Origin: Felis catus
Lineage: Eukaryota
NCBI RefSeq assembly: GCF_018350175.1
Contig: NC_058368.1
Location: 57,662,001 to 57,726,000 of the forward strand
Direction of reading: 5' to 3'
Length of the DNA stretch: 64,000 nucleotides
This document shows, piece after piece, positions 1 through 12,535 of the stretch. Each line of letters begins with the position of its first letter. Position 1 is the stretch's first letter. The notes under the pieces were generated by a model, which was not told where the DNA came from, ran no database searches, and saw nothing but the letters and a program-made list of their open reading frames with translations. The position numbers and the translations under genes were made by a program.

Positions 1-142
1 ATAGTTTTATGTTATTTCTCAACTTCTATTGTTATAGGCCAGTGTCCTTTACAGCCAGTAATATTCTTCTCTGAAGGTATAACCAAATTGCTTGAAAAAC
101 AAAAAAACATTTCTATGGTTTTAAAAAAAAAATTTAACATTG

Positions 143-710
143 TGATGCACCAACATAGGAAATCTAAATATATAAAGCGGATAGTTACAGACCTAAAAGG
201 AGAAATAGACAGCAATACAATAATAACAAGAATTGTAAAGACCCTGCTTCCAATAGTGAATAGATCATCCAGACATAAAATCAATAAGAAAACATTGGAC
301 TTAAAATATCTTTTGGACCAGTATACCTAAATACTTAGGTATTCACAGAACATTTCATCCAATAAAAGCCAAATGCACATTTTCTCAAGTGTACATGGAA
401 CACATTCTGGGATAGATCAATTGTTAGGCCACAAAATAAGTCTGAATACATTTAAGAATAAAATCATATCAAGCCTCTCTTCAACCACAAAGGTAAGAAA
501 CTAGAAACTAATTATAAGAAGAAAGCTGGAAATTTCACACATATGTGGAGATTAAATAGCATGTTACTGAACAACCAATGGGTCAAAGAAGAAATCAGAA
601 AGATTTCAAAAAATAACTTGAGGCAAATAAAAATGCAAATACAACATATCAAAACTTATGATATGCAGCACAGCAGTTTTTAAATGCTTATTTCTTTTCA
701 TTTGGGGGGG

Positions 711-758
<48 letters not shown>

Positions 759-2036
759 CCCAAGCAGGCTTTACACTTTCAGCACAGAACCCAACATAGG
801 GCTTGATCTCACAAACCATCAGATCATGACCTGAGCTGAAATCAAGAGTTGGATACTTAACTGACTGAGCCACCCTGGCAGCCCAGAAGAGAGGTTTTAA
901 TAGAAAAGTTTATAGCAATAAATACCACATTAAGAAAATAGTAAAGCTCAAATAAACAGTCTAACTTTACACTTAAAAGAACTAGAAAAGGAGTGACAAA
1001 GCCCAAACTTAGTAAAGGAAGGAAATAACAAAGAATAGAGTGGAAATAATGAAACAGAGACAAGGAAGACAATGGAAAAGATCAATGAAACTAAGAGCTC
1101 ACTGTCTGAAAACATCAAAATAGACAAACCTTTAACAAGAAAAAAGAAAAAAGAAAACTCAAAATCAGAAATGAAAGGGGACATTATAATTGTACCACAG
1201 AAATACAGTGGATCACAAGAGATGACTATGAACTATTATATGCCTACAAATTTGACAAATGGGAAGGGATAAATTTCTAGAAATGTACAACCTACCAATA
1301 CTGAATTATGAAGAAATAGCAAATCTGTAGAAATTAAAACTAATGAGATTGAATCAGTAAACAACCACCTCCCAACAAACAAAATTCCAGGACCACATGA
1401 TTTCACTGTTGAATTCTACCATGCTTTTAATGAGGAATTAATGTCACTCCTTTTCAAACTCTTTCAAAAGGTAGAAGAGAAGGAAATACTTCCAAACTCA
1501 TTTTATGAGGCCAGAATTACCCTGATCCAGATACCAAAACCTGACAAAAACACCACACAAAAAAATTACAGGCCAATATCCCTCATGAACAGAGATGCAA
1601 AATTACTCAAAAAAATATTAGAAAACTGAATTCAAAAATATGCTAAAAGATCATATACTATCATCAAGGGGGATTTATTCCACGGACCAAAGGATGGTTC
1701 AACATCCACAAACCAATGTGATACACTACATTAACAAACTGAATTTAAAAAATCATATAATTATCTCAATAGCAAAAAAAGCACTTGACAAATGTCAACA
1801 TCTACTCATAATAAAATCCCTCAATAAACGGGTGTAGAGGGAACATACCTCAACATATTAAGATCATATGATAAACCCACAGCTAATGTCATACTCAGTG
1901 GTGAAAAGATATTGTGTTATGTATACACACACACACATATGTGCACACAAATATATATACACATACACACACACAATGGAATATTGTTCAGCTATAAGAC
2001 AGGAAATCCTGCCATTTGAAATACCATGGATGGACA
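143..2036 (+). mobile_element. LINE-1 ORF2 remnant (endonuclease C-terminal half to start of RT, then a jump to the ORF2 3' end); frameshifted and inactive
   Basis: Translations KYIKRIVTDLKGEIDSNTII..NRSSRHKINKKTLDL and [54 protein letters not shown] are typical L1 ORF2. 1975-2036 (acaatggaatattgttcagctataag..gccatttg..atggatggac) is the L1 ORF2 3' end. Confidence 0.95.
682..884 (-). mobile_element. CAN-SINE inserted in L1
   Basis: Reverse complement of the tRNA-derived head (actgagccaccctggcagccc), plus a (GA)n tract and T-rich tail. Confidence 0.95.
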
Positions 2037-2099
2037 TAGGAAATCATAACTTCCAATTATTTTTTGTATTTTATGTCTTCTTTCTAGGATCAATTTTCA

Positions 2100-2880
2100 G
2101 TTATCTAATTCTTACTCTATTGATGATATGCCATTTTAGTTAGTTCATTATATCTGAAAAGGCCTTTGCCTCATTCCCATATCTGAATGCTGTGTTGTTG
2201 TTTTTTTAACCTAGGTGTAGAATTTTAAGCTTATAGTTATTTTTTTCTTAACACTTTGAAGATTTTATTTCAGCTTTTCGTATTGATGTTGCAAATTCTC
2301 ATGTTAGTGTAATTACTGTTCATTTGTATACAATTTCCTTGTCTTTAAGATCCATTTATCTTAATGCATTGGGGGCAGTTTAAAGATGTACTTTGTTGTA
2401 GATTTCTTTTTATATATTCTTCCTAGATTTTTGTGTGCTTTCTGAATTTGAGGGTTAATCACTTATCAGTTGTGGAAAATTCTTACTCATTTTCTCATTG
2501 ACTATTTTCATCTATACTCTGGCAATCAAATTAGACCCACAATAAATATTCTCATTTTTTGCTCTCCATGATTCTTTATTCTTCTTAAATATTTTTACCC
2601 TTTCCATTTATTGAATTCCTGGCTAAATTTTTCACATTGGTCTTTTCTGCTGACCAATTTTCTCTTTAGCTCTGTTTAGGTTATATTAACTCCATGTGTT
2701 GAGTTTTTCCTTTTTTTTTTTTTTTTTAATCTCTCTCATACATCACAATTCACAGAAACATTGTGGTACTTTTATAAATCTTGTTTGATCCTTTTAATAG
2801 TCTTTTATTTCTGGATATTAGTAGTAGTATTTGTTTACATTTCATATATGAGTATTTTAAAATCAAATTTTCAGTAATTT
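2100..2880 (-). mobile_element. Ancient L1 (L1M-type) fragment
   Basis: T-rich degenerate sequence resembling antisense L1M (aattttaagcttatagttatttt..acactttgaagatttt). Confidence 0.5.
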
Positions 2881-2930
2881 CCTTATCTGTAGTCCACTAG
2901 AATTTAATTTTGCCTTTTGGAATTTTGAGG

Positions 2931-3302
2931 TGCTAGATTTAAGGTGAATTATTCTAGGCAGTATTTATATTTGTTTCAGACAGCACTCTTAGGTTCTATC
3001 AACCTGGGATTACTTTAAATTTATATCTCATAATAAGGTATCTTGGACCTAGCATGTAGTATAAACTCAGTTTTATCAGTCAAATTTGTAGTTGAGAACA
3101 AATTTGTAAGTTGTAAGTTTGCTAGATTTAAGGTGAATTATTCTAGGCAGTATTTATATTTGTTTCAGACAGCACTCTTAGGTTCTATCAACCTGGGATT
3201 ACTTTAAATTTATATCTCATAATAAGGTATCTTGGACCTAGCATGTAGTATAAACTCAGTTTTATCAGTCAAATTTGTAGTTGAAAACAAATTTGTAAGT
3301 TG
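2931..3302. repeat. Tandem duplication, 2 x 183 bp (period 189)
   Basis: 2931-3113 equals 3120-3302 with one mismatch seen (3096 g vs 3285 a); 6-bp spacer taagtt. Confidence 0.97.
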
Positions 3303-3874
3303 AGAACTTACTTATATTTACCATCACAGGGTAGAATTCTTTTATCCTACTTAGAATGTAAAACAATAATTTAACAGATTGACTTTGTATAGAATTGATT
3401 TTTTTCTTTCCCCCAGACTATAGTTTCACAGGTAATGGCAGCTCTACAAGGTTCTGGTTATATGTGAAAATCTTGGTTCTTGGTTCCTAGTTCCCCTGTG
3501 ATAAGGCTTAATTCCTTTTTTGAAATCCCTACAAGACATAAAAATCCATGACTTTCAGTTTTACAATTGGGGAATTTCCTCAGGGAAGCTCAGGATTTGC
3601 TCACACTTATCATAGTAATTTTCATTTTATTTTGTCTAAAGACTTCCTTAAATTATTTTTTGTGAAGCTTAGCCAGTATTTAAAGAATTGTTTTCCTAGT
3701 GTGAATGATTATATTTGATGAAGCAGGAAAGCTTCTTATAACATTCTTACAATAATATTTCTATATCCCAAAGATATTTCATATTTAGGAAATTTGGCAT
3801 TTCCTCTGGTATTTTAGCTTAGGGAAAACATGGAGCTGGAGTGGGAAGTGGTGATATGTCTTTTTTGTCTCCTT

Positions 3875-4130
3875 GTTTAATTTTTTAATTGTAAAAACCT
3901 CTAACATATAAAAGCAGACAGAATTGTATAGCAAATATCTGTGTATCCATTACCCAGCTGCAATAATTATCTTATTGCTAATTTTGTTTTCTTTCCCCTC
4001 AACTAGTCTTCTTGTGCTTAAGTATTTGAAGGAAATCCAAAATTTTTAACCCATGTATCTTTCAGTATTCATCTCTATGAAAGAAGTAGTCTCTTAAAAA
4101 ACAATCCCCATAGTATCATCACACGCTCTT
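3875..4130 (-). mobile_element. Old L1 (L1MC-like) 3' end fragment
   Basis: aacatataaaagcagacagaattgtatagcaaatatctgtgtatccattacccagct resembles an antisense L1MC 3' UTR. Confidence 0.55.
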
Positions 4131-5215
4131 TTTGTAAACTCGTGCTACAGGGTATTCAAACTATATGTATGCTGAAACATGGACTAAATAGCAGTAATGA
4201 TATAAAATCAGACAGGCCATCACTCTAAAGGAATATTTTCTCAAAATTAGAACTTTTCCAGAATTAAATGTGCTACTGTAAGTTTCTAGGCTTTTGATTA
4301 TTGGATTACCTACCACCTATCACCATTACATGGGTAGGGATTAATTCTGTGTCTAGTGTTCTCTACTTGATACTCTACTGTCTTCGCAGTGTAGCCTAAT
4401 GAGCCAAGTTGATAGTAAGGTGAGATTGTACATTCCACATATGAAGAATGTTCTTGCAGATTTTAAACTGGAAATCATTTCTACCAATTTAAATCCTTTC
4501 TGATTGTGACTTTTAGTTATTTCATGTAGGAACTAAATGGTCAGTTTTAAGATTTTTAATTTGAAAAATAACCTGTAAAGATGTTCTTACTTTCTATAAT
4601 AAGCACATTCTAATTTTAAGAAATTAGCTCTTTGCCCATGTGTATCTGCTTTACTAATATTTGTCATGTGTGGTTCAGATAAAAGCTTTTATTCTGTCCT
4701 CAGAAAATTTGCTTCAATCAATGCTCCAATTACCATGTAAGGTTTAATGTAACTTATAACATCAAAACAGATTCTCCCCTCCATTGTAGCTCATTTTTTG
4801 AAATTATTTACTGTCTCTAAAGGAATGTGTGTTGAATGAAGAACATGTGAGATATAATTATTTATTATGTTGATATTCCACATAATTCGTATGATTTTTA
4901 TAAATCTAACATTCTAAACACTAGTTCAACAATTCAACTTTATTATTATAAATGTATATCTAATATAAATACATATCGATATATAGTTGCCTCATTTATA
5001 ATGAAAAACACTAATCTGCTTCATCCTTCAGATGTCATATTTTGCCAAACATGTACACACTTGAGCAATTATGCATCCCTTCCCTTAAGCATTAGGATAG
5101 TCTCAATGCCTGTCATTTCAGAATCATTCTTCATTTTTTGAGCATTACTTACCATTCAAAATGTCAAATTTACCACTATATGCTTTATGTCATTAGCCAT
5201 ACTCACAGCTATATC

Positions 5216-5319
5216 ACTGACATAGCCCTGATGTGAGCCTCAAACTCAGGACTGCAAGACCATGACCTGAGTTGAATTCAAGAGTCGACCGCTTAACCAA
5301 CTGAGCCACCAGGTGCCCC
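5216..5319 (-). mobile_element. CAN-SINE head only (no CT tract or tail)
   Basis: catgacctgagttgaattcaagagtcgaccgcttaaccaactgagccaccaggtgcccc. Confidence 0.9.
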
Positions 5320-7009
5320 TATATCTAAAACTTTTTACAGAACTGTAAATTTGTTAGGAAATGGAGTATCTGTTTCCTTACCTATACCTCCTGCCAATAT
5401 TCCTACAAGTGACTTTAAAAGTGCTCTATAAGAGAGATAGTGATAAATACTTGTTGACTTACATTGGTCTAAGTGGTTAATACCTTTCTCAATACTAAAG
5501 CCATTTTTCACCAACTTCACTTAACTTTGCTAACACAGGCAAAGCTTTAGCTTTCCTATTTAGACAATGACAATTTATCTGAGTATATTCCAACTAACTC
5601 ACAGTAATCAATGCAGGTTTAATTGAAGTGAGACAGGAATCTGAAAGACAGAAATAACTATTTTGAATATAAAATTTCTGGCGATACTCGTAACAGTTGT
5701 TCATCATAATTTCCTTTAAAATTACTTGGAATTTTTTTATTGCAATAAACTGCACAATATCCACAAACATTCAGAAATGTGTATGTTCATTTGATCCTAA
5801 ACTTAAGCTAAATTCTTCACCAGTTTGTATAAAGAAAAAAACATATTGGGCCTATTAAGATTAGTTATGAGAATTGATTTTACAGGGATAATTTGAATTT
5901 TATGCATGTCATTCTAACTGGGCTAATGAAATTATTTTGGTTGCCAGAAGCATTTCAGTCTGGCTATCTGGAGTAAAGCATCTTACATGAGCTGCCAGAA
6001 ATAAAAGCATTCATTTTCACTTCTAGACAGAAAATGTGGGTGTCTACAGGCTGCCGTACAGAACTAGAGAAACCAATTGGACAATAAAAACCTTTAAAGT
6101 ATCTCTCCAGATGGCCAAGCTGCTGTTCCTTCACGTGGAACTGCAACACCCTACTTTAGGTGATGGCATTTTTGCCCGTGTATGAAAATTCTGAAGAAAC
6201 ATTTAGAATTCAAGAACTGTATTCAGCTTTGCTAGTAATCAATATTTTTAGCATGATTTGTGGAGGTGTAATATTTATCATACCCCTGATGACAGGAATA
6301 TACAAGTCTCTTCAAATAACTCTGTAAACATGAGTTTTCTTTACAAACAGAAGCAAATATCAGTATCACACAAAGGAAGAAAAATGGCAAAGAGATACTA
6401 ATATTAACAAGCTTATGTTCTACTGACAAATAGTCAATAGCCTTTTTTTAAAACACAGGGAATGTATCAAAGGCACTTCTCTTATGTTTTACTTGATAAA
6501 AATTATTTGGATGTCATTATAACTTTTATGAAAAATGACTAAATGAGTATACAAATGTTATTCTCAGACACTGTTCTGAAATGGCAGCCAATAGCTTCTG
6601 GATGTATTAGATTTTATTGGTATTGTACAGATGTGTATAATTATTGTTTTGCTTTGCTTGAATAGAAGCCATCTGTTTATATTAAGAATGATTAGAACAT
6701 TTAACAGATTTAGTCCCTGTAGCAGCAAAACCTGAGATTTAAGGGGCCACTATAAGAGTCACCCCTGGAAAACTAAACTGTGAGAAACTTGAACTGTGCA
6801 GAATACTGACTATGGCTTTATGCTTGAGTATTTGTTACATGTCTTTGGACTTTGCTTTGTGTATATAAAACTTCATAATTTTTAAAACTCCTTGTGGAGT
6901 TCTTTTATCATTTTATCAATTTTTTTTCTAAAAAACGCTGCATTAAATCCATTTTGCTAACATTTAACTTTAAATATGGGATTCTTCTACTTATAAATTG
7001 AACAGATCT

Positions 7010-7194
7010 GGGTTACTGGGTGGCTCAGTCGGTTGAGTGTCTGGCTCTTGATTTTGGCTCAGGTTGTGATCCCAGGGTCATGGAATCGAGTCCCACATTG
7101 GCTATCCAACTGAGTGTGGAACCTGCTTGGGATTCTCTCTCTGCCCCTCCCCTGCTTGTGTTCTCTCTCTCTCTCTCTGAAAAAAAAAAAAAAA
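7010..7194 (+). mobile_element. CAN-SINE
   Basis: ctgggtggctcagtcggttgag head, CT tract and poly-A tail at 7180-7194. Confidence 0.95.
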
Positions 7195-7371
7195 CTATTT
7201 AAGTCCATTTTGCTAACATTTAAGTTAAAAATATGTATTTCTTCTACTTATAAACTGAACAGATTAGTTTACTGAATGTTATACATTAATAGTTCATTTT
7301 ACTGAATTTTTTTGCATCTGTTGAGGCAACAATTTGTCTTACTTCAATTTCTTAATGCGGTCAGGTACACT

Positions 7372-7388
7372 AATACACACACACACAC

Positions 7389-7419
<31 letters not shown>

Positions 7420-7460
7420 TTATACACACACACATATATATACATATATATGTGTGTGTG

Positions 7461-7505
<45 letters not shown>

Positions 7506-7565
7506 CTCAGAGAGAGTCTGATTATATATATCTCAGAGAGAGAGAGAGAGAGTGTCTGATATATG
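7372..7565. repeat. Compound (CA)/(TA)/(TG)/(GA) microsatellite
   Basis: Directly visible; ends in two copies of tatatctcagagagag..tctgat. Confidence 0.95.
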
Positions 7566-7582
7566 CTTTTTAAAACATTGCT

Positions 7583-8110
7583 TGTTTCCAGTATCTATTA
7601 CTCCCTAACAAAATAGCCCACAAGATTAAACAGATATTTTGCTGTATTTTATATTTTGTAGGTCAAGAATTTGGGGAATATTCTACTTACTAATTCTTCT
7701 ACTCCAAGTGGTGCTAACAAATACCATTTGGTAATATTTTGGCAGATGGATCAAACTGGAAATCCAAGTTGGTTTATGACATTCACATTCTAGTCTCTGG
7801 TAGAGATAATTACAGAGTTGGAGTTCAATTGGAGCACTTATACTTAATTCTTTGTGTCTTGGGCTTTGTCAGAGCATTGTAGCTTCAGAGTCACTGGGCT
7901 TCTCATATGGCAGTTCAAGGCCCCAAAATAGCATCAGTAGAAACTGTTAATGTTTTCAGAGATGAGACTAATAACTGCTTAGCATCAGCTGATGATACTC
8001 TATTGGTCAACCAAGTCATTAAAACAAGGTCATTTTCAAGAGAGATTAATAAGTGTCCGCTTTTAGTATGAAAAACAGCAATTAAATTATAGCCATATTT
8101 CATCTTCTAT
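7583..8110 (-). mobile_element. MaLR (MLT1-type) solo LTR
   Basis: tgtttccagtatctattact..aacaaaatagcccacaa..gtaggtcaagaatttgggga..atactctattggtcaaccaagtca..gccatattt. Confidence 0.7.
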
Positions 8111-8129
8111 AGGGCTGAAGGAAGATTAC

Positions 8130-9900
8130 CTATATTTTAGTGCATTTTCTGCATGTATTTTAACAAGTGAGTTTAATTTCTCTTCTGTCATCATCTTAAA
8201 TATGTATTGAATAGTTTTTCAATACATGTCTATTTGAAGTTACATGTTTTTATATTTGCTTGAACAGTTTACATATTTGTGGAAGCATATTGAGACATCT
8301 ACTATGATTATGGCTTTATGCTTGAGTTTTTTGTTACATGTTTTTGGACTTTGTGTATATAAAACTTTATGATTTTTTTAATACTTCTTGTGGAGTTCTT
8401 TTATCATTAATTATCCAATTTATTATCTCTTAGTATTTTACTTAAGTTATCTTTTATAGTTTTCATTTAGAAAATCCTACTTTTGGTGGCCATGTGATAT
8501 ATCTGCTTTTTTTAAATATTTATTTTCGTTTTAACTGTCTTAAAAGACATAGGCATAATGGTTCTACAAATCATTTTTAATCATTCTGAATATATATCTT
8601 AAATATATATTTATATTTAGCATCCTTTAACCTAATTTATTATTTTCTATTAAAAACTTTTATTGTATTTTAAAAATTTCTAAATGATGGTTTTCTCTGT
8701 GCATTTGTAAGCCGCATGCATTTTTAATTTTTTTATTGAATATCCATGATTATTTAACATCAGTACTGAGTTATAACTATTTCTAATAAGACCTGACTTT
8801 CTTCAACTTACTGATTTCTGTCTCCTGGAATAAAACAAACTCTTTAGCATCTTTATTGACTAAACAACACCTTTCCTCCCATTTCCCCTTTTTATCTTTG
8901 TCAGTTTTCTAGACATTGGGTTCACCTTTTCTAGCATACAACATTTAGCCACATTTAAACTTAATTTTTTTCTTTCACATTCACTGGTTAAATTCACCAA
9001 CATTTTCTGTCAATATCTGAGTTTAGTTTTTTTTTTCTTTTACATCTCATTCCATCCTTTGTATACATTTTTTTTCTTGTGAAATTATATCATTTAGTTC
9101 TTCTTTCAGTAAATAACTGTATCATCCCAAAGACTATTTTCCTTTAATAATGAATAATTTAGAATTTCAATTTAGAATTTAGAATTCTAGACTGACAATT
9201 ATTTTTCCCTCTTCACTCTTATGTTTACTTTTATTGTGTTTTACCATTTAGTTTTGATTAAGCAAAGCACTTTTAGGACACCTGCCATCCTCTCTATATA
9301 TTCTGCGTGTTGCCTGTACAATTTTTAACATTCGTTTTTATCCTTAAACAGTCACCTTTCACTCTCATGTATCCACATTAAAATTCCTTTTTCCTGTTTA
9401 GCACTTGAAATGTACCTTAGTTTGAGGACCTAAGTTACCAAGTTTCTGTGGTCTTTTTTTGAAATTTCCATTAAACATTTAAAGATATCTCTTAATCTGC
9501 ATTCATTCACAGGTTTTCCTTTGACTTCTACTTGTTTAACATACACCTTCTTCTGTCTTGCGTCTTAATTTTTGCATATCATCTCATTCTCATTTGGAAC
9601 ATCTTAATTGTTCTTGTTGACAGTCAACTGATATTTTTGCATGTGGCTTCTACCATTTTTGCAAAAATTAATTTCCATCTCTGTTATGCCTCTATCTTTT
9701 TGAAGAAACCAAAAATACTCTCTCTGAAGTTTATTTCAGACTAATATTTGAAATTTTATATGGAAGCATATATATTCTGGGTTTTGTCTATCTTACTTAA
9801 AATTAGGTGTCTTTATACACTATCCACTGTTGAATTTCTTTGTGTCAGACTGTATTTTGATCATTTTTTCATTACTTTCTTTATACATGCGTTCATCCCA
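8130..9900 (-). mobile_element. Ancient L1 (L1ME-like) fragments
   Basis: Long T-rich degenerate stretch with antisense L1M motifs (agaattctagactgacaattatttttccctc). Confidence 0.5.
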
Positions 9901-10914
9901 TCCAGCATTTTTTTTTTCATTTAGTTCTTCCTTTGTGGCCTCTTCTCCAAAAAATAGGTCTTTAATCTTGGTATGGGCTGATGCTGTGTGCTTATTTTGG
10001 GGATGTAGAAAATCTATTCTTCAGAACGGTAGGTGGCCTGACTCACTCTCTGGTCAAGGGTTTGTGAATTCCTCTTCCCATCTGCCTGGACTATAGTTTC
10101 ATAAAAGCTTTAGCTCTGGGCAAAGGTCAGCATCAGCTTTATGAAGCCCTCTTTTTGAAGCTGGGGAGAGATATGACCTACACACTTGACCTCTAGTTTC
10201 CTTCTATGAGCCTAACTCCAGTCATTTTCAAGTTTTCAATGGAGGGTTTTTTTTTTCCCCCATGGTTATATTGCAAGAACAGAACTTCTGGCAACTCCCA
10301 CCTGCTTCCAGATCAAGAGTACAATAGGCTGTGGTTTCAGCCATGCTCTCTGCTCTCTGTTTTAGTTTTGTTTTTGATTCTGAGAGATCTCATTTGGGAG
10401 ATAGGACTCTTGCATTTTTATTTTCTATTTTATTTAGACTTCTACGATTTAGAATAGAAATGGGGTGCTTAAACATTACAATGTTATTATCAATGGGAGT
10501 TGAAATTTAAACCATATAAATTATATAATTATTAATTAAAATATTTAATTCCCAATCTGTATATAGTTTGCTTGACAGAGTCATAGAGGAGATAATTGAT
10601 AAAATGTGTAACCGTTTTTATTTTTAGACCTCAAAAAAGTATGTTTTACTTTGTTTTAAATTTCTACCAAAGTAATGTGCGTTTGTGTAAACATATACAT
10701 GAACTATATACATAAACTATATATATTATATTATATATATTTTTCTATATAGAATATATATCAAAAGGTACAACACAGGGAAATAATTAGAAATTTAAAG
10801 TTTTATAGGATATCATGGTTCAGTCTCAGTTAAGAAGAGAAAAAATGATGCTGAGTATAGGCACTGGGCCTTGGAAGATGATTAGGGAGAGTGAAGAGCA
10901 TACATATATACCTG

Positions 10915-11190
10915 TGGTCCAGAAATACAGACTTTGATCAATTGTGCTAGATTCACAGGATGATCCATGTCCCCCTCATTTGCTGAGTATCTGCCAATCC
11001 AAGAAAACCATCCTTCCATGCAACCTTGGAAGTTTCTCACTAAAATGTCAAAGCCTCATCAAACTAGATCTCTGAAGAGAAAACCCTACTATGTTCACCT
11101 GCCAAATGCTTTTAGGTGAAAATAAATAAACTTTTATTTGAGACATTGTACATATTTGCATTATTTGTTACAGCAATTAGTCTGCATTAA
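10915..11190 (+). mobile_element. MaLR (MLT1-type) LTR 3' part
   Basis: gaaaataaataaacttttatttgagacattg..ttatttgttacagcaattag..taata is the typical MLT1 terminus. Confidence 0.55.
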
Positions 11191-11877
11191 TATTTTACTC
11201 TGTGGTGCCAATCATGATTAACATATAGAACACAATGTTAATAAATTGTCCAAACTACCACTTACATATCATTTTTAATTATCTACTTTTTAGAGATGTT
11301 TTAGGTAGTAGCAAAATTGAGAAGGTACAGAGATTTTCCATATACCCCCTTTTTCAAAAAAAATAATCAATTATATTACATGCAGTATCCCTAATTACGT
11401 CAATTATCCATTTCTCAATACATTTGCATACTCATAAACACAAAATTAATTAAACAGAAACAGTCTATGCTCAGGTACCATATTCTATTTCTAAAAGGTA
11501 TTAAATTGAACACAACATGCATCATGTTTGTCTAACTGGTCACTAGTAGACTAAATTAAGACCAATGTCTCTTTAGTACTAAAAGCATACCTTGTGAGTT
11601 TCCTCCAACTCATCAATATTTGACTAATTTACAGCTTTTATGGTTATAAAATTAACTACGAATATGAATACATTTAGAGACACAAGATAGAAAAATATTG
11701 TAATAAGTTACATGTCAGCCTTATTAATTAATCTACATATTCAATAAAGTACATGGTGTATGATCCAGGTACTGGAATATGAATGACAGTAGGAACATGA
11801 AGATGAGGAATAACTTAAGTGGTAATTATATAAGGGCATTCAACAGGGCATCTAAACTGCTTAAGACAAGGCAGAGT

Positions 11878-12216
11878 TATAACATGGTTTCAGGTCTTAC
11901 ATTTTTTAATCCATTTCCAGTTACTCTTTGTATATGGTATAAGGGTCCAATTTTATTCATTTGCTTATAGATAGACAGTTTTCCCAGAACAATTTATTAA
12001 AGAGACTATCCCTTCTCCTTTGTATATTCTTTTGCAAAGGTTGGTCAAATGTATATGTGTAGAGTTTATTTCTGAGTTATTTTGTTCCCTTGGCCTATGT
12101 ATCTGTTTTTAGTCAGAACTATATTGTTTTGATTATGCTGAAGGAAAGTGTGAACCTCTGGCTTTGTTCTTCCTTCTCAACATTGCTTTGGTTATTCAGG
12201 ATCTTTTGTGATACCA
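11878..12216 (-). mobile_element. L1 ORF2 fragment, antisense
   Basis: atggtttcaggtcttacatt..cagttttcccagaacaatttattaaagagactatcc..gctttggttattcaggatcttttgtgatacc. Confidence 0.9.
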
Positions 12217-12218
12217 TA

Positions 12219-12302
12219 GGAACAACAACAAAAAGGTAACTATGTGAGGTGACAGATGTATTAATTTTGTAATGTGTATTAAATGATCATGTTGCACATC
12301 CT
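12219..12302 (+). mobile_element. L1MA/MB-type 3' UTR terminal fragment
   Basis: aaaaaggtaactatgtgaggtgacagatgtattaatt..atcatgttgcacatcct. Confidence 0.7.
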
Positions 12303-12535
12303 ATTGAAATGTCCATATGGCTTTAGGTTTAGAAGTTCAGTAGCCAGGAGGAAGATGTTATCAGGATGAATAAAGAAGATTTTAGAAAGGGAGTATTTTT
12401 TCTTTTTTTTCGATTTGTCATTTAATGTCTAACTTCTGTCAAATGGCTCATTTACATCTGTAGAAACGTGTAAAGTAATAAATTTAGTTAAAACACTAGA
12501 AATAATTTCCTCATGTAAAAATTTCATAAAACATT

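Noticed and set aside
88..1837. L1 ORF2-like ORFs as functional CDS
   Set aside because: Fragmented by frameshifts, stops, a SINE insertion and a large deletion.
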